Source: Octopus sinensis (taxonomy: Eukaryota). From it: a DNA stretch of 64,000 nt. The translations under genes and the position numbers were made by a program. Positions within the stretch are counted from its first letter, which is position 1, and every line of letters begins with the position of its first letter. A model generated the notes under the pieces. The model did not search any database. It was not told the DNA's origin and worked only from the letters and a program-made list of their open reading frames with translations. Where the stretch lies: the NCBI RefSeq assembly GCF_006345805.1, contig NC_043020.1:372001-436000 (forward strand), in the 5' to 3' direction. This document shows, piece after piece, positions 1 through 12,292 of the stretch.

Positions 1-315
1 AGTAGGAGCAGAGTTATTATGTTTTACTTTACCAAACAGAGTCATTGTGGCATCCCCGTCTATGTGGTCACTTGACATGCTGGAAACAGCAGTTAAATCT
101 TTCTCGAATTACACCATGCCCCACCATCCTAATAAAAATAATGGAGAAGGACACATTAGGTAATGTAATCTTGGATAAAAGGGTAGACTTGTCAAGGCTG
201 CAATGTCCTTGAAATAGCTTTGCCGAACCATGGTCCCAGGAAGTATGTCTCTTAACTACACAACCAGTATACCACATTCTATCACCCCCTGCCATCATCA
301 TTTTTCCATTTTGTC

Positions 316-389
316 TTGGGTTGGTTGGTTGGCTGCCTGGTTGGTTGGATGGTTGGTTGGATGGTTGGTTGGATGGTTAGTTGGCTGGT

Positions 390-424
<35 letters not shown>

Positions 425-1573
425 TTGGCTGGTTGGCTGGTTGGCTGGCTGGTTGGTTGGTTGGTTGGTTGGTTGGTTGGCTGGTTGGCTGGCTGGTTGG
501 TTGGTTGGTTGGCTGGTTGGCTGGCTGGCTGGCTGGCTGGTTGGTTGGTTGGTTGGTTGGTTGGTTGACTGGCTGGTTGGTTGGTTGGTTGGTTGGTTGG
601 TTGGTTGGCTGGTTGGTTGGTTGGTTGGCTGGTTGGCTGGCTGGTTGGTTGGTTGGTTGGCTGGTTGGCTGGCTGGCTGGTTGGTTGGCTGGTTGGCTGG
701 CTGGCTGGTTGGTTGGCTGGTTGGCTGGTTGGCTGGCTGGTTGGTTGGTTGGTTGGTTGGTTGGTTGACTGGCTGGTTGGCTGGCTGGTTGGCTGGTTGG
801 TTGGTTGGTTGGTTGGTTGGTTGGTTGACTGGCTGGTTGGTTGGTTGGTTGGTTGGTTGGTTGGCTGGTTGGCTGGTTGGTTGGTTGGCTGGTTGGCTGG
901 CTGGCTGGCTGGTTGGTTGGCTGGCTGGCTGGCTGGCTGGCTGGTTGGTTGGTTGGCTGGTTGGCTGGCTGGCTGGCTGGTTGGTTGGTTGACTGGCTGG
1001 CTGGCTGGCGGGTTGGCTGGTTGGTTGGTTGGTTGGTTGGCTGGTTGGCTGGCTGGCTGGCTGGTTGGTTGGTTGGTTGGTTGGTTGGTTGACTGGCTGG
1101 CTGGCTGGCTGGTTGGCTGGTTGGCTGGCTGGCTGGCTGTTTGGTTGGTTGGCTGGCTGGCTGGCTGGCTGGTTGGCTGGTTGGTTGGTTGGTTGGTTGG
1201 CTGGCTGGCTGGCTGGTTGGTTGGTTGGTTGGCTGGCTGGTTGGCTGGTTGGTTGGTTGGTTGGCTGGTTGGCTGGCTGGCTGGCTGGTTGGTTGGTTGG
1301 TTGGTTGGTTGGCTGGTTGGCTGGCTGGCTGGTTGGCTGGTTGGCTGGCTGGGTGGCTGGTTGGTTGGCTGGCTGGCTGGCTGGCTGGTTGGTTGGTTGG
1401 CTGGTTGGCTGGCTGGTTGGTTGGTTGGCTGGCTGGTTGGTTGGTTGGTTGGTTGACTGGCTGGCTGGTTGGTTGGCTGGCTGGCTGGCTGGTTGGTTGG
1501 TTGGTTGGCTGGCTGGTTGGCTGGTTGGTTGGTTGGTTGGTTGGCTGGCTGGCTGGCTGGTTGGTTGGTTGGT

Positions 1574-1604
<31 letters not shown>

Positions 1605-2368
1605 TTGGCTGGCTGGCTGGCTGGTTGGTTGGTTGGCTGGCTGGTTGGCTGGTTGGTTGGTTGGTTGGCTGGTTGGCTGGTTGGCTGGCTGGCTGGCTGG
1701 CTGGTTGGTTGGTTGGTTGGCTGGCTGGCTGGCTGGTTGGCTGGTTGGCTGGCTGGTTGGCTGGTTGGCTGGCTGGCTGGCTGGTTGGCTGGTTGGTTGG
1801 TTGGTTGGCTGGTTGGCTGGCTGGCTGGCTGGTTGGTTGGTTGGTTGGTTGGCTGGTTGGCTGGCTGGTTGGCTGGCTGGCTGGCTGGTTGGTTGGCTGG
1901 TTGGTTGGTTGGTTGGTTGACTGGCTGGTTGGCTGGCTGGTTGGCTGGTTGGTTGGTTGGTTGGTTGGTTGGTTGGTTGACTGGCTGGTTGGTTGGTTGG
2001 TTGGTTGGCTGGTTGGCTGGTTGGTTGGTTGGCTGGTTGGCTGGCTGGCTGGCTGGTTGGTTGGCTGGCTGGCTGGCTGGCTGGCTGGTTGGTTGGTTGG
2101 TTGGCTGGTTGGCTGGCTGGCTGGCTGGTTGGTTGGTTGACTGGCTGGCTGGCTGGTTGGCTGGTTGGTTGGTTGGTTGGTTGGTTGGCTGGTTGGCTGG
2201 CTGGCTGGCTGGCTGGCTGGTTGGTTGGTTGGTTGGTTGGTTGACTGGCTGGCTGGCTGGCTGGTTGGCTGGTTGGCTGGCTGGCTGGCTGTTGGTTGGT
2301 TGGCTGGCTGGCTGGCTGGCTGGTTGGCTGGTTGGTTGGTTGGCTGGCTGGCTGGCTGGCTGGTTGGT

Positions 2369-2403
<35 letters not shown>

Positions 2404-3010
2404 TTGGTTGGTTGGTTGGCTGGCTGCTGTTGGCTGGTTGGCTGGCTGGCTGGCTGCTGGTTGGCTGGCTGGCTGGTTGGTTGGTTGGCTGGCTGGCTGG
2501 CTGCTGGCTGGCTGGTTGGTTTTTGGTTGGCTGGCTGGCTGCTGCTGGCTGGTTGGTTGGCTGGCTGGTTGGTTGGTTGGCTGGCTGGCTGGCTGGCTGG
2601 TTGTTGGCTGGCTGGTTGTTGGTTGTGGCTGGCTGGTTGGCTGGCTGGCTGGCTGGCTGGTGGTTGGTTTGTTGGCTGGTTGGCTGGTTGGTTGTTGGCT
2701 GTTGGCTGGCTGGCTGGCTGGTTGGTTGGCTGGCTGGCTGGCTGGCTGGTTGGTTGGTTGCTGGTTGGCTGGCTGGCTGGCTGGTTGGTTGGTTGACTGC
2801 TGGCTGGCTGGTTGGCTGTTGGTTGGTTGGTTTTTTTGTTGGCTGGCTGGCTGGCTGGCTGGCTGGTTGGTTGGTTGGTTGGTTGACTGGCTGGCTGGCT
2901 GGTTGGCTGGTTGGCTGGCTGGCTGGCTGTTGGTTGGTTGGCTGGCTGGCTGGCTGGCTGGTTGGCTGGTTGGTTGGTTGGCTGGCTGGCTGGCTGGTTG
3001 GTTGGTTGGT

Positions 3011-3045
<35 letters not shown>

Positions 3046-3142
3046 TTGGTTGGTTGGTTGGTTGGTTGGTTGGTTGGTTGGCTGGCTGGCTGGTTGGCTG
3101 GTTGGCTGGCTGGCTGGTTGGCTGGCTGGCTGGTTGGTTGGT

Positions 3143-3173
<31 letters not shown>

Positions 3174-3383
3174 TTGGTTGGTTGGTTGGCTGGCTGGCTG
3201 GCTGGTTGGTTGGCTGGCTGGCTGGTTGGTTGGCTGGCTGGTTGGTTGGTTGGCTGGCTGGCTGGCTGGCTGGTTGGTTGGCTGGCTGGTTGGTTGGTTG
3301 GCTGGCTGTGGTTGGCTGGCTGGCTGGCTGGCTGTTGCTGGCTGGCTGGCTGGCTGGCTGGTTGGCTGCGGCTGGTTGGTTGT

Positions 3384-3414
<31 letters not shown>

Positions 3415-3909
3415 TTGGTTGGTTGGCTGGCTGGTTGGCTGGCTGGTTGGTTGTTGGTTGGCTGGTTGGCTGGCTGGTTGGTTGGTTGGCTGGCTGGCTG
3501 GCTGGCTGGTTGGCTGGCTGGTTGGTTGGTTGGTTGGTTGGCTGGCTGGCTGGCTGGTTGGCTGGCTGGTTGGTTGGTTGGTTGGTTGGCTGGCTGGCTG
3601 GCTGGCTGGTTGGCTGGCTGGCTGGCTGGCTGGCTGGTTGGCTGGCTGGCTGGTTGGTTGGTTGGCTGGCTGGCTGGCTGGTTGGCTGGCTGGTTGGTTG
3701 GTTGGCTGGCTGGTTGGCTGGCTGGTTGGTTGGTTGGTTGGCTGGTTGGCTGGCTGGTTGGTTGGTTGGCTGGCTGGCTGGCTGGCTGGTTGGCTGGCTG
3801 GTTGGTTGGTTGGCTGGTTGGCTGGCTGGTTGGCTGGCTGGCTTTTGGCTGGCTGGCTGCTGCTGGCTGGTTGTTTGGTTTTGGTTGGCTGGCTGGCTGG
3901 TTGGTTGGT

Positions 3910-3948
<39 letters not shown>

Positions 3949-4837
3949 TTGGTTGGTTGGCTGGCTGGCTGGCTGGTTGGCTGGCTGGTTGGTTGGTTGG
4001 CTGGCTGGTTGGCTGGCTGGTTGGTTGGTTGGTTGGTTGGTTGGCTGGCTGGCTGGCTGGTTGGCTGGCTGGTTGGTTGGTTGGCTGGCTGGTTGGCTGG
4101 CTGGCTGGCTGGTTGGCTGGCTGGTTGGTTGGTTGGTTGGTTGGTTGGCTGGCTGGCTGGCTGGTTGGCTGGCTGGTTGGTTGGTTGGCTGGCTGGTTGG
4201 CTGGCTGGCTGGCTGGTTGGCTGGCTGGTTGGTTGGTTGGTTGGCTGGTTGGCTGGCTGGTTGGTTGGTTGGCTGGCTGGCTGGTTGGCTGGCTGGCTGG
4301 CTGGTTGGCTGGCTGGTGTTGGTTGCTGGCTGGCTGGTTGGCTGGCTGGTTGGCTGGCTGGCTGGCTGGCTGGCTGGTTGGTTGGTTGGCTGGTTGGTTG
4401 GTTGGTTGGCTGGCTGGTTGGTTGGTTGGCTGGCTGGTTGGTTGGTTGGTTGGCTGGCTGGCTGGTTGGCTGGCTGGTTGGTTGGCTGGCTGGCTGGCTG
4501 GCTGGTTGGCTGGCTGGCTGGTTGGTTGGTTGGCTGGCTGGCTGGCTGGTTGGCTGGCTGGTTGGTTGGTTGGCTGGCTGGTTGGCTGGCTGGCTGGCTG
4601 GTTGGCTGGCTGGTTGGTTGGTTGGTTGGCTGGTTGGCTGGCTGGTTGGTTGGTTGGCTGGCTGGTTGGTTGGTTGGTTGGCTGGCTGGTTGGCTGGCTG
4701 GTTGGTTGGTTGGCTGGCTGGCTGGTTGGCTGGCTGGTTGGCTGGCTGGCTGGCTGGCTGGCTGGTTGGTTGGTTGGCTGGTTGGTTGGTTGGTTGGCTG
4801 GCTGGCTGGTTGGCTGGCTGGCTGGCTGGCTGGTTGG
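316..4837. repeat. ~4.5-kb GG(T/C)T tetranucleotide satellite (mixed GGTT/GGCT units)
   Basis: Continuous GGTT/GGCT units with rare GACT variants and scattered 1-nt indels, mostly at ~2290-3900. It generates all the giant GWLA/GWLV and QPAS/QPTN ORFs. Confidence 0.98.
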
Positions 4838-5747
4838 AAGTCAATAAATCTCAGTCTTGACACCCTGTGAGGCCCTGCATTCTCACATCTTATGTTAGTA
4901 TTTCTTCTCAGATATTCTCTGATCAACTTCTTCCTCGAGCAGTTTCCACTCTTAATTACAAAGTCTTCAGGCATTTGCAACCCAGTGTATCATTTATTGG
5001 TATTATGCATTTGTGCATTCAACACCCTATGCTGCACCATATGATTCTGCAGATTAAAGTGCAAAAAAGAAAGTTTCTGTTTTGCTCTGTGGTTCTTGGA
5101 CATTATTGTTTTTCGCTAACTCATTGTTCTTTTATAGATCTGATAATTATTGATTCCTAACTTTAGCTGAAGGTCACAAATCAAATGTAGGGGGATGGTG
5201 AGGTGAATAAATACAATAGAATCAACACTAGTAAAATTCTGTTGATTTTTTTTTATTGATCTTTGAAGGATGAAAGAGGTTGTTGACTCTGCTGGGATTT
5301 GAAATCAGAAAGTAAGGGATGTAACTACTGTAAAGTGTTTAAGGTTTAAAGTCCACCACTCTTGTATACACCCATCCAATATATATGTTTAAGTGTGTAT
5401 GTGTGTGTGTGTGTGTGTGTGTATATACAAACACATGCTTCTAGGAAATAGGACACTTGTATTTCTACATTCCATCTGATGATGTGGTGCGCTCGCACGC
5501 ACGCACACACTCACACACTTGCATGCGCACACACACATACATACACACACACACACATATGCACACATGTATGAGAAACAACTTTTCTCAATTTAAAATT
5601 CTTTCAGTTTGTGTATTAAAACAAATTGTATATATGAAAATATATTTATTTATATCTGGCAGCTATTTTCAAATGAAAGTTGTCAAGGAGGAAATTTGGC
5701 AATTTGGGGTTGCTGTAGACTGTAAAGAACAGTAGTGGTAGTAGTAT

Positions 5748-5795
<48 letters not shown>

Positions 5796-6430
5796 TAGTA
5801 GTAGTTGCACTACATAATGAATATATGTGTGGGCACGCATATGAGAGAGACAGGAAGCAGAAAATAAAGACACTGTGGTACACACGTGAGTTTTTATCAT
5901 TGAAGCTTATGTTTGCTGGAAATCACTATTAAACTACATAAAATGCCTCCGTGAGTTTTCTGAATTTGGAAAGTCAGCATCAAGTAGGATTGGGAACGAT
6001 GTTTTCAGACTCGCAAGTAGGAAGTGCGACAGGGCGTGCGTTCTCCGTGTTTAATTTCCTGACATCTAGACAAAGGTGATAATTGCATTAGGTCTGCAAG
6101 TTAAAATGTTTGTTCTTGCTGTGTGATTCCTCCGCTTCGACCAGCTTCCTTCTATGTTGTTTCACACAGGCACATATGCACATGCTCTCGCACCTCACTT
6201 TGTGCATGCGTATGTGATGTGTCCAAATGCTCTCTGCTTTTCCCCCCTTCTCTTTGACTTTTGACCTTTTGAATTTCTGGCTCTTTTCTGTTTTTGTTTT
6301 TTTGTTTAAGTTTTTGTTTCACTCGCTTTCGTTTCCTTGTATTGTTTCTTTCGCTTTCTCTCTTCCCTAAACCTCTTTCTCAGTGACTTCATGTTCTTAC
6401 TACTTTCACCACCACCACCACCACTGTCAT

Positions 6431-6463
<33 letters not shown>

Positions 6464-6538
6464 AGCCATTGCTGTCACTACTACTATAAACAGCAACAAT
6501 GACTACCACCATTGTCACTACTACTACCACCACCATTG

Positions 6539-6571
<33 letters not shown>

Positions 6572-6633
6572 TGACCACAACCACCACCACCATCATCACT
6601 ATTACCACATGTGCATTTTTCTATAAATTTCTT

Positions 6634-7043
6634 ATTTCTTTATTGCCCACAAAGGACTAAACATAGAGGGGACAAACAAGGATAGACAAAGGGATTAAGT
6701 CGATTACATCAACCCCAGTGCGTAACTGGTACTTAATTTATTGACTCCGAAAGGATGAAAGGCAAAGTCGACCTCGGCGGAATTTGAACTTAGAACGTAA
6801 TGGCAGACAAAATACCTATTTCTTTACTACCCACAAGGGGCTAAACATAGAGGCTAAACAAGCAAGGATAGACAAAGAGATTAAGTTGATTACATCGACC
6901 CCAGTGCGTAACTGGTACTTAATTTATCGACACCAAAAGGATGAAAGGCAAATCGACCTCGGCGGAATTTGAACTCAGAACGTAATGGCAGACGAAATAC
7001 CGCTAAGCATTTCGCCCGGCATGCTAACGTTTCTGCCAGCTCA
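6634..7043 (-). mobile_element. Tandem pair of family-B tRNA-derived SINEs (one partial, one near full)
   Basis: Two reverse-complement copies of GAGGTCGACTTTGCCTTTCATCCTTTCGG...AAGTACCAGTTACGCACTGGGG. Same family as 19567-19799, 31492-31723 and 54968-55200. Confidence 0.88.
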
Positions 7044-7053
7044 CTGCATTTTC

Positions 7054-7294
7054 TTTTAAAGCCTAGCCAGGCTCATGGGCCCAGTTTCCCAGTTTCCATG
7101 GCGTATGTGTACCCCAGCTGGACGGGACGCCAGTCCATTGCAGAGTTACTCATTTTTGCCAGCTGAGTGGACTGGAGCAACGTGAAATGAAGTGTTTTGC
7201 TCAAGAACACAACACATTGCCCGGTCTAGGAATTGAAACCACAATCTTACGATCATGATGCTGACACCCTTACCACTAAGCCACGTGCTGCCAC
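7054..7294 (-). mobile_element. Family-D tRNA-derived SINE
   Basis: The minus strand reads GTGGCTTAGTGGTAAGGGTG (A-box like)...TGTGTTCTTGAGCAAAACACTTCATTTCACGTTGCTCCAGTCCACTCAGCTGGC. It matches the + copy at 50654-50900. Confidence 0.85.
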
Positions 7295-7770
7295 TTTCTA
7301 TAAATTTCTTTCTCATTCCTTCTCTCTACATGGTTTTCTTTTTTTTACCCTTTATTCATTTTTTCTCTCAAACTGGCATTTATTCTCTTAATTGCTTTTA
7401 AAATCTTTTTCCAACCATTCTCCCCTTAATCTTTTATTCTTAGTATTCTTCTTCCCTTTTATTCTCCCCCCCCCCCATACCGTCTCTCTCTCTCTCTCTC
7501 TCTCTCAAACTAGTATTGGATGATAACTCAAGAGTGAAGTTAGTTCAATCCTTCAATCCCGAAGCCCATAATTTTTTCCTAAGTCAACAGTTTATTTTTA
7601 ACTTCCTTTTCTTTCTTCATAGCCTCTAATCATTTTCACTATTTCAAAAACCTCGTATAGGTGGGGAGGGGGGGAGTAGGAGAGGAAAAGGAAGGAGATG
7701 GAAAAAAAAAGCCATTTTCTTAAATTGTAAGGTTTTCATTCTGTAGTTTGAATGAAAATTAAGATATTTA

Positions 7771-8279
7771 AAATAATAACAATAATAATAATAATGATAA
7801 TAACAATAATAATAACAGTGATAATAACAATGATAATAATGATAACAACAACAATAATAATAATAATGATAACAACAATAATAATAATAATAACAATAAT
7901 AATGATAATAATAACAATAATAATAATAATGATAATAACAAATATAATAATAATGATAATAATAACAATAATAATAATAATGATAATAATAACAATAATA
8001 ATGATAATAATAACAATAATAATAATAATGATAATAACAAATATAATAATAATGATAATAATAACAATAATAATAATAATGATAATAATAACAATAATAA
8101 TGATAATAATAACAATAATAATAATAATGATAATAACAAATATAATAATAATGATAATAATAACAATAATAATAATAATGATAATAACAAATATAATAAT
8201 AATGATAATAATAACAATAATAATAATAATGATAATAACAATAATAATAATAATGATAATAATAACAATAATAATAATA
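7771..8279. repeat. Compound (ATA)n/ACA/ATG minisatellite with higher-order period
   Basis: ATA triplets punctuated by ATG and ACA. The ACAAATATA marker recurs at 7939, 8038, 8137 and 8188. Confidence 0.95.
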
Positions 8280-10068
8280 TAGAATAGAAAAAATCAAATA
8301 GATTATAATGTAAAAATAATGAGGAAATCAGTGTTATTAGCACTAATTATCTTTAGGCCATATTTCAAAATTGTAGCTCATCTTTATAACGACTAAGCAT
8401 ATTTCTCAGGAATGTATATTGTGTTCAGTGTTATAACGCATGTCCTCACTGTTGTTAGCATATTTTGAGATTTTACCACATGGCATGGCTACATGTTTAA
8501 AGATGTTGCCTTAACAACCATCTGGTTCTGGGTTCGAATTTCTGCTCCCACTACATGGCACCAAGGATGAGTTTTCTGTTCGTTGTTGCCTCAGGTTGAC
8601 TTGTACCTTGTGCATAGAATTTGTTTGTGGAAATTGTGCTGAAGCCTGTCGTGTGTGTGTGTGTGTGTGTGTGCGTCCATGGCTATATAAAATCAGTGAA
8701 GTATTGAAAATGCTTTAACACACACATACACACACACATGAATCTACCTGTAGAAAATCTACATCAGCAAATTCCATCTGACCCATGCAAGCATGGAAAA
8801 AATGGATGTTAAACAATAATGATACCAGATCACACACATACAAGCACATTCATATCCATATTCTGCCTGCCTGTCTGTGTGTGTCTCTCTGTCTGTTTGT
8901 CTCCCTATCTCTCTCTCTCTCTCTCTCTCTCTGCGTGTGTGTATGTGTGTTAGAGAGACACTCATTTTTACTTAATTGTTTTATTAAATTCACAATTGCA
9001 GTCAGACTACCAAGCAGTTTCCTTTTAGCTATGGACTCTTGCATCAGTTAAGGAAGTTTATCGTAGAGAATCTCAAGTTTTTAGCTGTGTCTGTAGAATT
9101 TATCACAGAGGATCTCGAGCTTTTGACTATATCTGTAGAATCTTCCGGAATGTGTAGCACACAGGTTCTTTTATTGACAGCGGTTCATGCTTTGAAAGAT
9201 GATGGGAAAATGGAGTAAACTCTCTTAAACAATTAGTAGCATGTCAGTATAACATTTATGTTATATAAAGCATTCCCAGATTCACACAATTTACATGCTT
9301 TCTATATCATGTGATGTCCAGGTGATCGGTGCTGTTTAACATGGTTACCGAGGTGCTTGGTCGTTCGGTTGAATAAGGACTCCAGAGGGAGCTGTTGTGA
9401 CTATGACTTTGTTTGGATAACCACTTCAGAGTGGACCTACCTTTATTAGACTTGAACAAGTACATTAGAGAATGCGATGCAGTTACTGCAAAGGCGAGTG
9501 TCAAAAGTTAATTGATTGAAAGATGACAGAAAGGTTTTGAGATACGAGAGCGGCGGTTAATGGGAAACGCTAGATAAGAGGAGTAGCCATCGTAGAGGCC
9601 TATTACATTGACTGTTACACATCATTGTTAAAGTATTGTTGGAATCACTGTAGGATCTTATTGGAACTAAATACTTGTGAATTGAATATTCTTACACTTA
9701 ATTATTTTTGGAAAAAAAGCAAAAGGATCCTTAATGGATGTGTTTCTATTGTCTTTGTGAAACAAATACAATAACGGAATCCTTGTATTGTCTGTTATTT
9801 AAAATCATCCATTTGATGATGGGGAAAATATCTTTGAAGATCAATTTGTATAATTTGCTAGAAATAAAGGATAAAGACACTTTTCTTTCTGTTTTGCTTC
9901 CATATTCTCCTAATTAAGGCTTCAAGAAAACAAAGAAATAATCTAATCAAAATTGAATTAGGCAACAATGAAAATGTGACAAAAGCCTTGAAGAGCATCT
10001 CTAAGAGCGAAATATATTTTCACTCTCTCTCCCAATCACTAAAGGAGTGGTCAAGAGAATGAATACAC

Positions 10069-10325
10069 ATCATCATCATCATCATTTAACGTCTGTTCTC
10101 CATGCTAGCATGGGTTGGCCGGTTCGACCGGGGATCTGGGAAGCCAGAAGGCTGCACCAGGCTCCAGTCTGATCTGGCAGTGTTTCTACAGCTGGATGCC
10201 CTTCCTAACGCCAACAACTCCAAGAGTGTAGTGGGTGCTTTTTGCCAGGCGAGGCTGGCAACGGCCACAATCGGATTGGTGCTTTTTACGTGCCACCGGC
10301 ATGGAAGCCAGTCCGGCATGGAAGC
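10069..10325 (-). mobile_element. RTE-type retroposon 3' end with (GAT)n tail
   Basis: (CAT)n-TTAACGTC...CCATGCTAGCATGGGTTGG...CTGGATGCCCTTCCTAACGCCAAC is repeated many times in the window. Confidence 0.82.
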
Positions 10326-10588
10326 CAACACGTTGTTGCTATTATGTTAAACTGTTGTATGTCCAAATTTAGCCAAATGCGTTTTTCTTCAATATTTTTG
10401 CTTGCAATAGCCGTTTCTTTTGGTCAGACTATTGAATCTCCAGCTGCTTCAGATGCCAAGATATCGAATCTTGTCAAAGTGTAGTACACTGGTGAAACTA
10501 TTTCTTTCACCTTCTGAAAAAAAAAAAAAACGCAATGTTTTGGACTTACGACACTTTTGCATAATAGCAACAATGTATAGTTTCTTAA

Positions 10589-10819
10589 CCCCTTAGCATT
10601 TAAGCTGGGCATATCTGGCCCAAATATTTTATCTGTTTAATGTTCCAACCTGCCAGATCCAGCCACTCACACACACACACACATACCCTACAATGTCATT
10701 CTAAAAATAAACAATCACATCATTGAAATCTCAAAGCCACAAGACAATGCATGATTAATTTGAAACGAATGTGAATAAATAAGCATTTCATTTGACAGAA
10801 TAATCTGAATGCTAAAGGG
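10589..10819 (+). mobile_element. TTAA-flanked piggyBac-like MITE, family 2
   Basis: TTAA|CCCCTTAGCATT...AATGCTAAAGGG|TTAA. The TIRs and internal sequence are shared with copies at 13629, 34184, 47117 and 61916. Confidence 0.88.
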
Positions 10820-11507
10820 TTAAATATTTAAAACTAATAGGTTTTTATGGAAAATCCACTGGTGATAAACGTTCAATTTTATAACTAATGATTTGCAGTT
10901 CGCTCTGTTTAAAGGGATTAATTAAATAAAGTACAGGACAAACACACAAACATTTATATCATAACCATCTCTAACTAGATGTGATGAGAGCTATTTTTTT
11001 GTTTTTTACTTGTGTTTTGTGCGCTTGCGTTATGACACTACATACAGTTTATACACGGACAATTAAACTTATAGTGTTCAGCTGTTAGTGTTTAGTGTTG
11101 TAACAAAATACTGAGATGATTGTGAAAGTGAAAGTATCATTGCACCTAATTGCTTTTGAGGTACATATCAGGACGTTAAAGAGAATTTTATTAGATGAGC
11201 TACTTTAAGTGAAGGCAGAAAGGGAAAAAAGAGGAATATAATCAAAAATTCTGATTCAGTCACAAAAGGAGCTCATATTTCTAGTTTTTTTATTCTTTGT
11301 TAGATTCTTATAAAAGAACCTCATGTTAGGTATAGACATGGCTGTGTGATTGAGAAGTTCGCTCTCCAACCTTGTGATCTCAGGTTCAGTCCCACTGTGC
11401 AGCACCATGGGCAGGTGTCTTCTACTACAGCCCTGGGCTCGCCAAAGCCTTGTGAGCCGATTTAGCTGAAAACTAAAACAAGACTGTCATGTTTGCATGT
11501 GGATGTG

Positions 11508-11562
<55 letters not shown>

Positions 11563-11972
11563 ACATTTGTGATTGCGTGTATGAAATGGCGGTCAGTGTT
11601 GTCAGTTTTTATGGCCAACACATTGGCTGGTCACTTTCGTACCTTTGAGGCTGTATGGAGTAAGTAATCCCTTATTTGAACAACAAGTAAGGGTTAGTAC
11701 CAGGCAAAGCATCCAGCTGTAAAACAATGCCTCAAATAACATATTCATTCAACTCATTCAAGAAGAAGAAGAATGATGCAGGCGCAATATCAGTGAAAAA
11801 TATTGCTTGACTATAATAAACATGAATTTTTATCTGTGAAATACGGGTGTTTTGAATTTGCTGCAGAAAGTGGTCTATCTTTGTGGTGGAGAGGGGGAAG
11901 GGCATGGCTAGAAATGTGGCCTGGGTGCCAAGGGGGCAGCAGCCTGGAAAAGTTTGGAAACTACTGATTTAA

Positions 11973-12193
11973 CCCTTTCGTTACCAACCCGGCTGAAACC
12001 GGCTCTGGCTCTGAGTACAAATGTCTTGTTTTCATAAGTTTTGAATTGAAATCTTTCACCAAACCTTAGTCACAATTCATGTTCCTATTTCTAGCTTAAA
12101 GATAACTAAGTTATTTTACTAAATTCTTTGTTATATTTACAATTAATTGAAAGAAACCCAGAGCATCTCAACAGAAATACGGTAACGAAAGGG
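11973..12193 (+). mobile_element. TTAA-flanked piggyBac-like MITE, family 1 (221 bp)
   Basis: TTAA|CCCTTTCGTTACC...GGTAACGAAAGGG|TTAA, a perfect 13-bp TIR. Other copies lie at 25576, 39619 and 61391. Confidence 0.92.
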
Positions 12194-12230
12194 TTAAAGC
12201 AAGCACTGTTATATGTGTTTGTGTGTGTGT

Positions 12231-12292
<62 letters not shown>

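Noticed and set aside
316-4837. CRISPR-like or information-encoding array
   Set aside because: There is no repeat-spacer structure and no cas genes, and the context is eukaryotic. Slippage and block duplication explain the pattern.
282-4980. 1,520-aa and 1,560-aa QPAS/QPTN ORFs and the opposite-strand GWLA/GWLV ORFs
   Set aside because: They follow automatically from a stop-free tetranucleotide repeat. Several frames are open at once, and indels switch frame without consequence.
9307-9504. 65-aa minus ORF containing SSLWSPY, LINE-like at a glance
   Set aside because: The surrounding residues do not fit the RT pattern, and the frame is closed immediately upstream.
11029-11104. Possible pre-miRNA hairpin (GTTATGACACTA...TAGTGTTGTAAC)
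   Set aside because: Only ~12 bp of clean stem, and no known mature miRNA is recognised.
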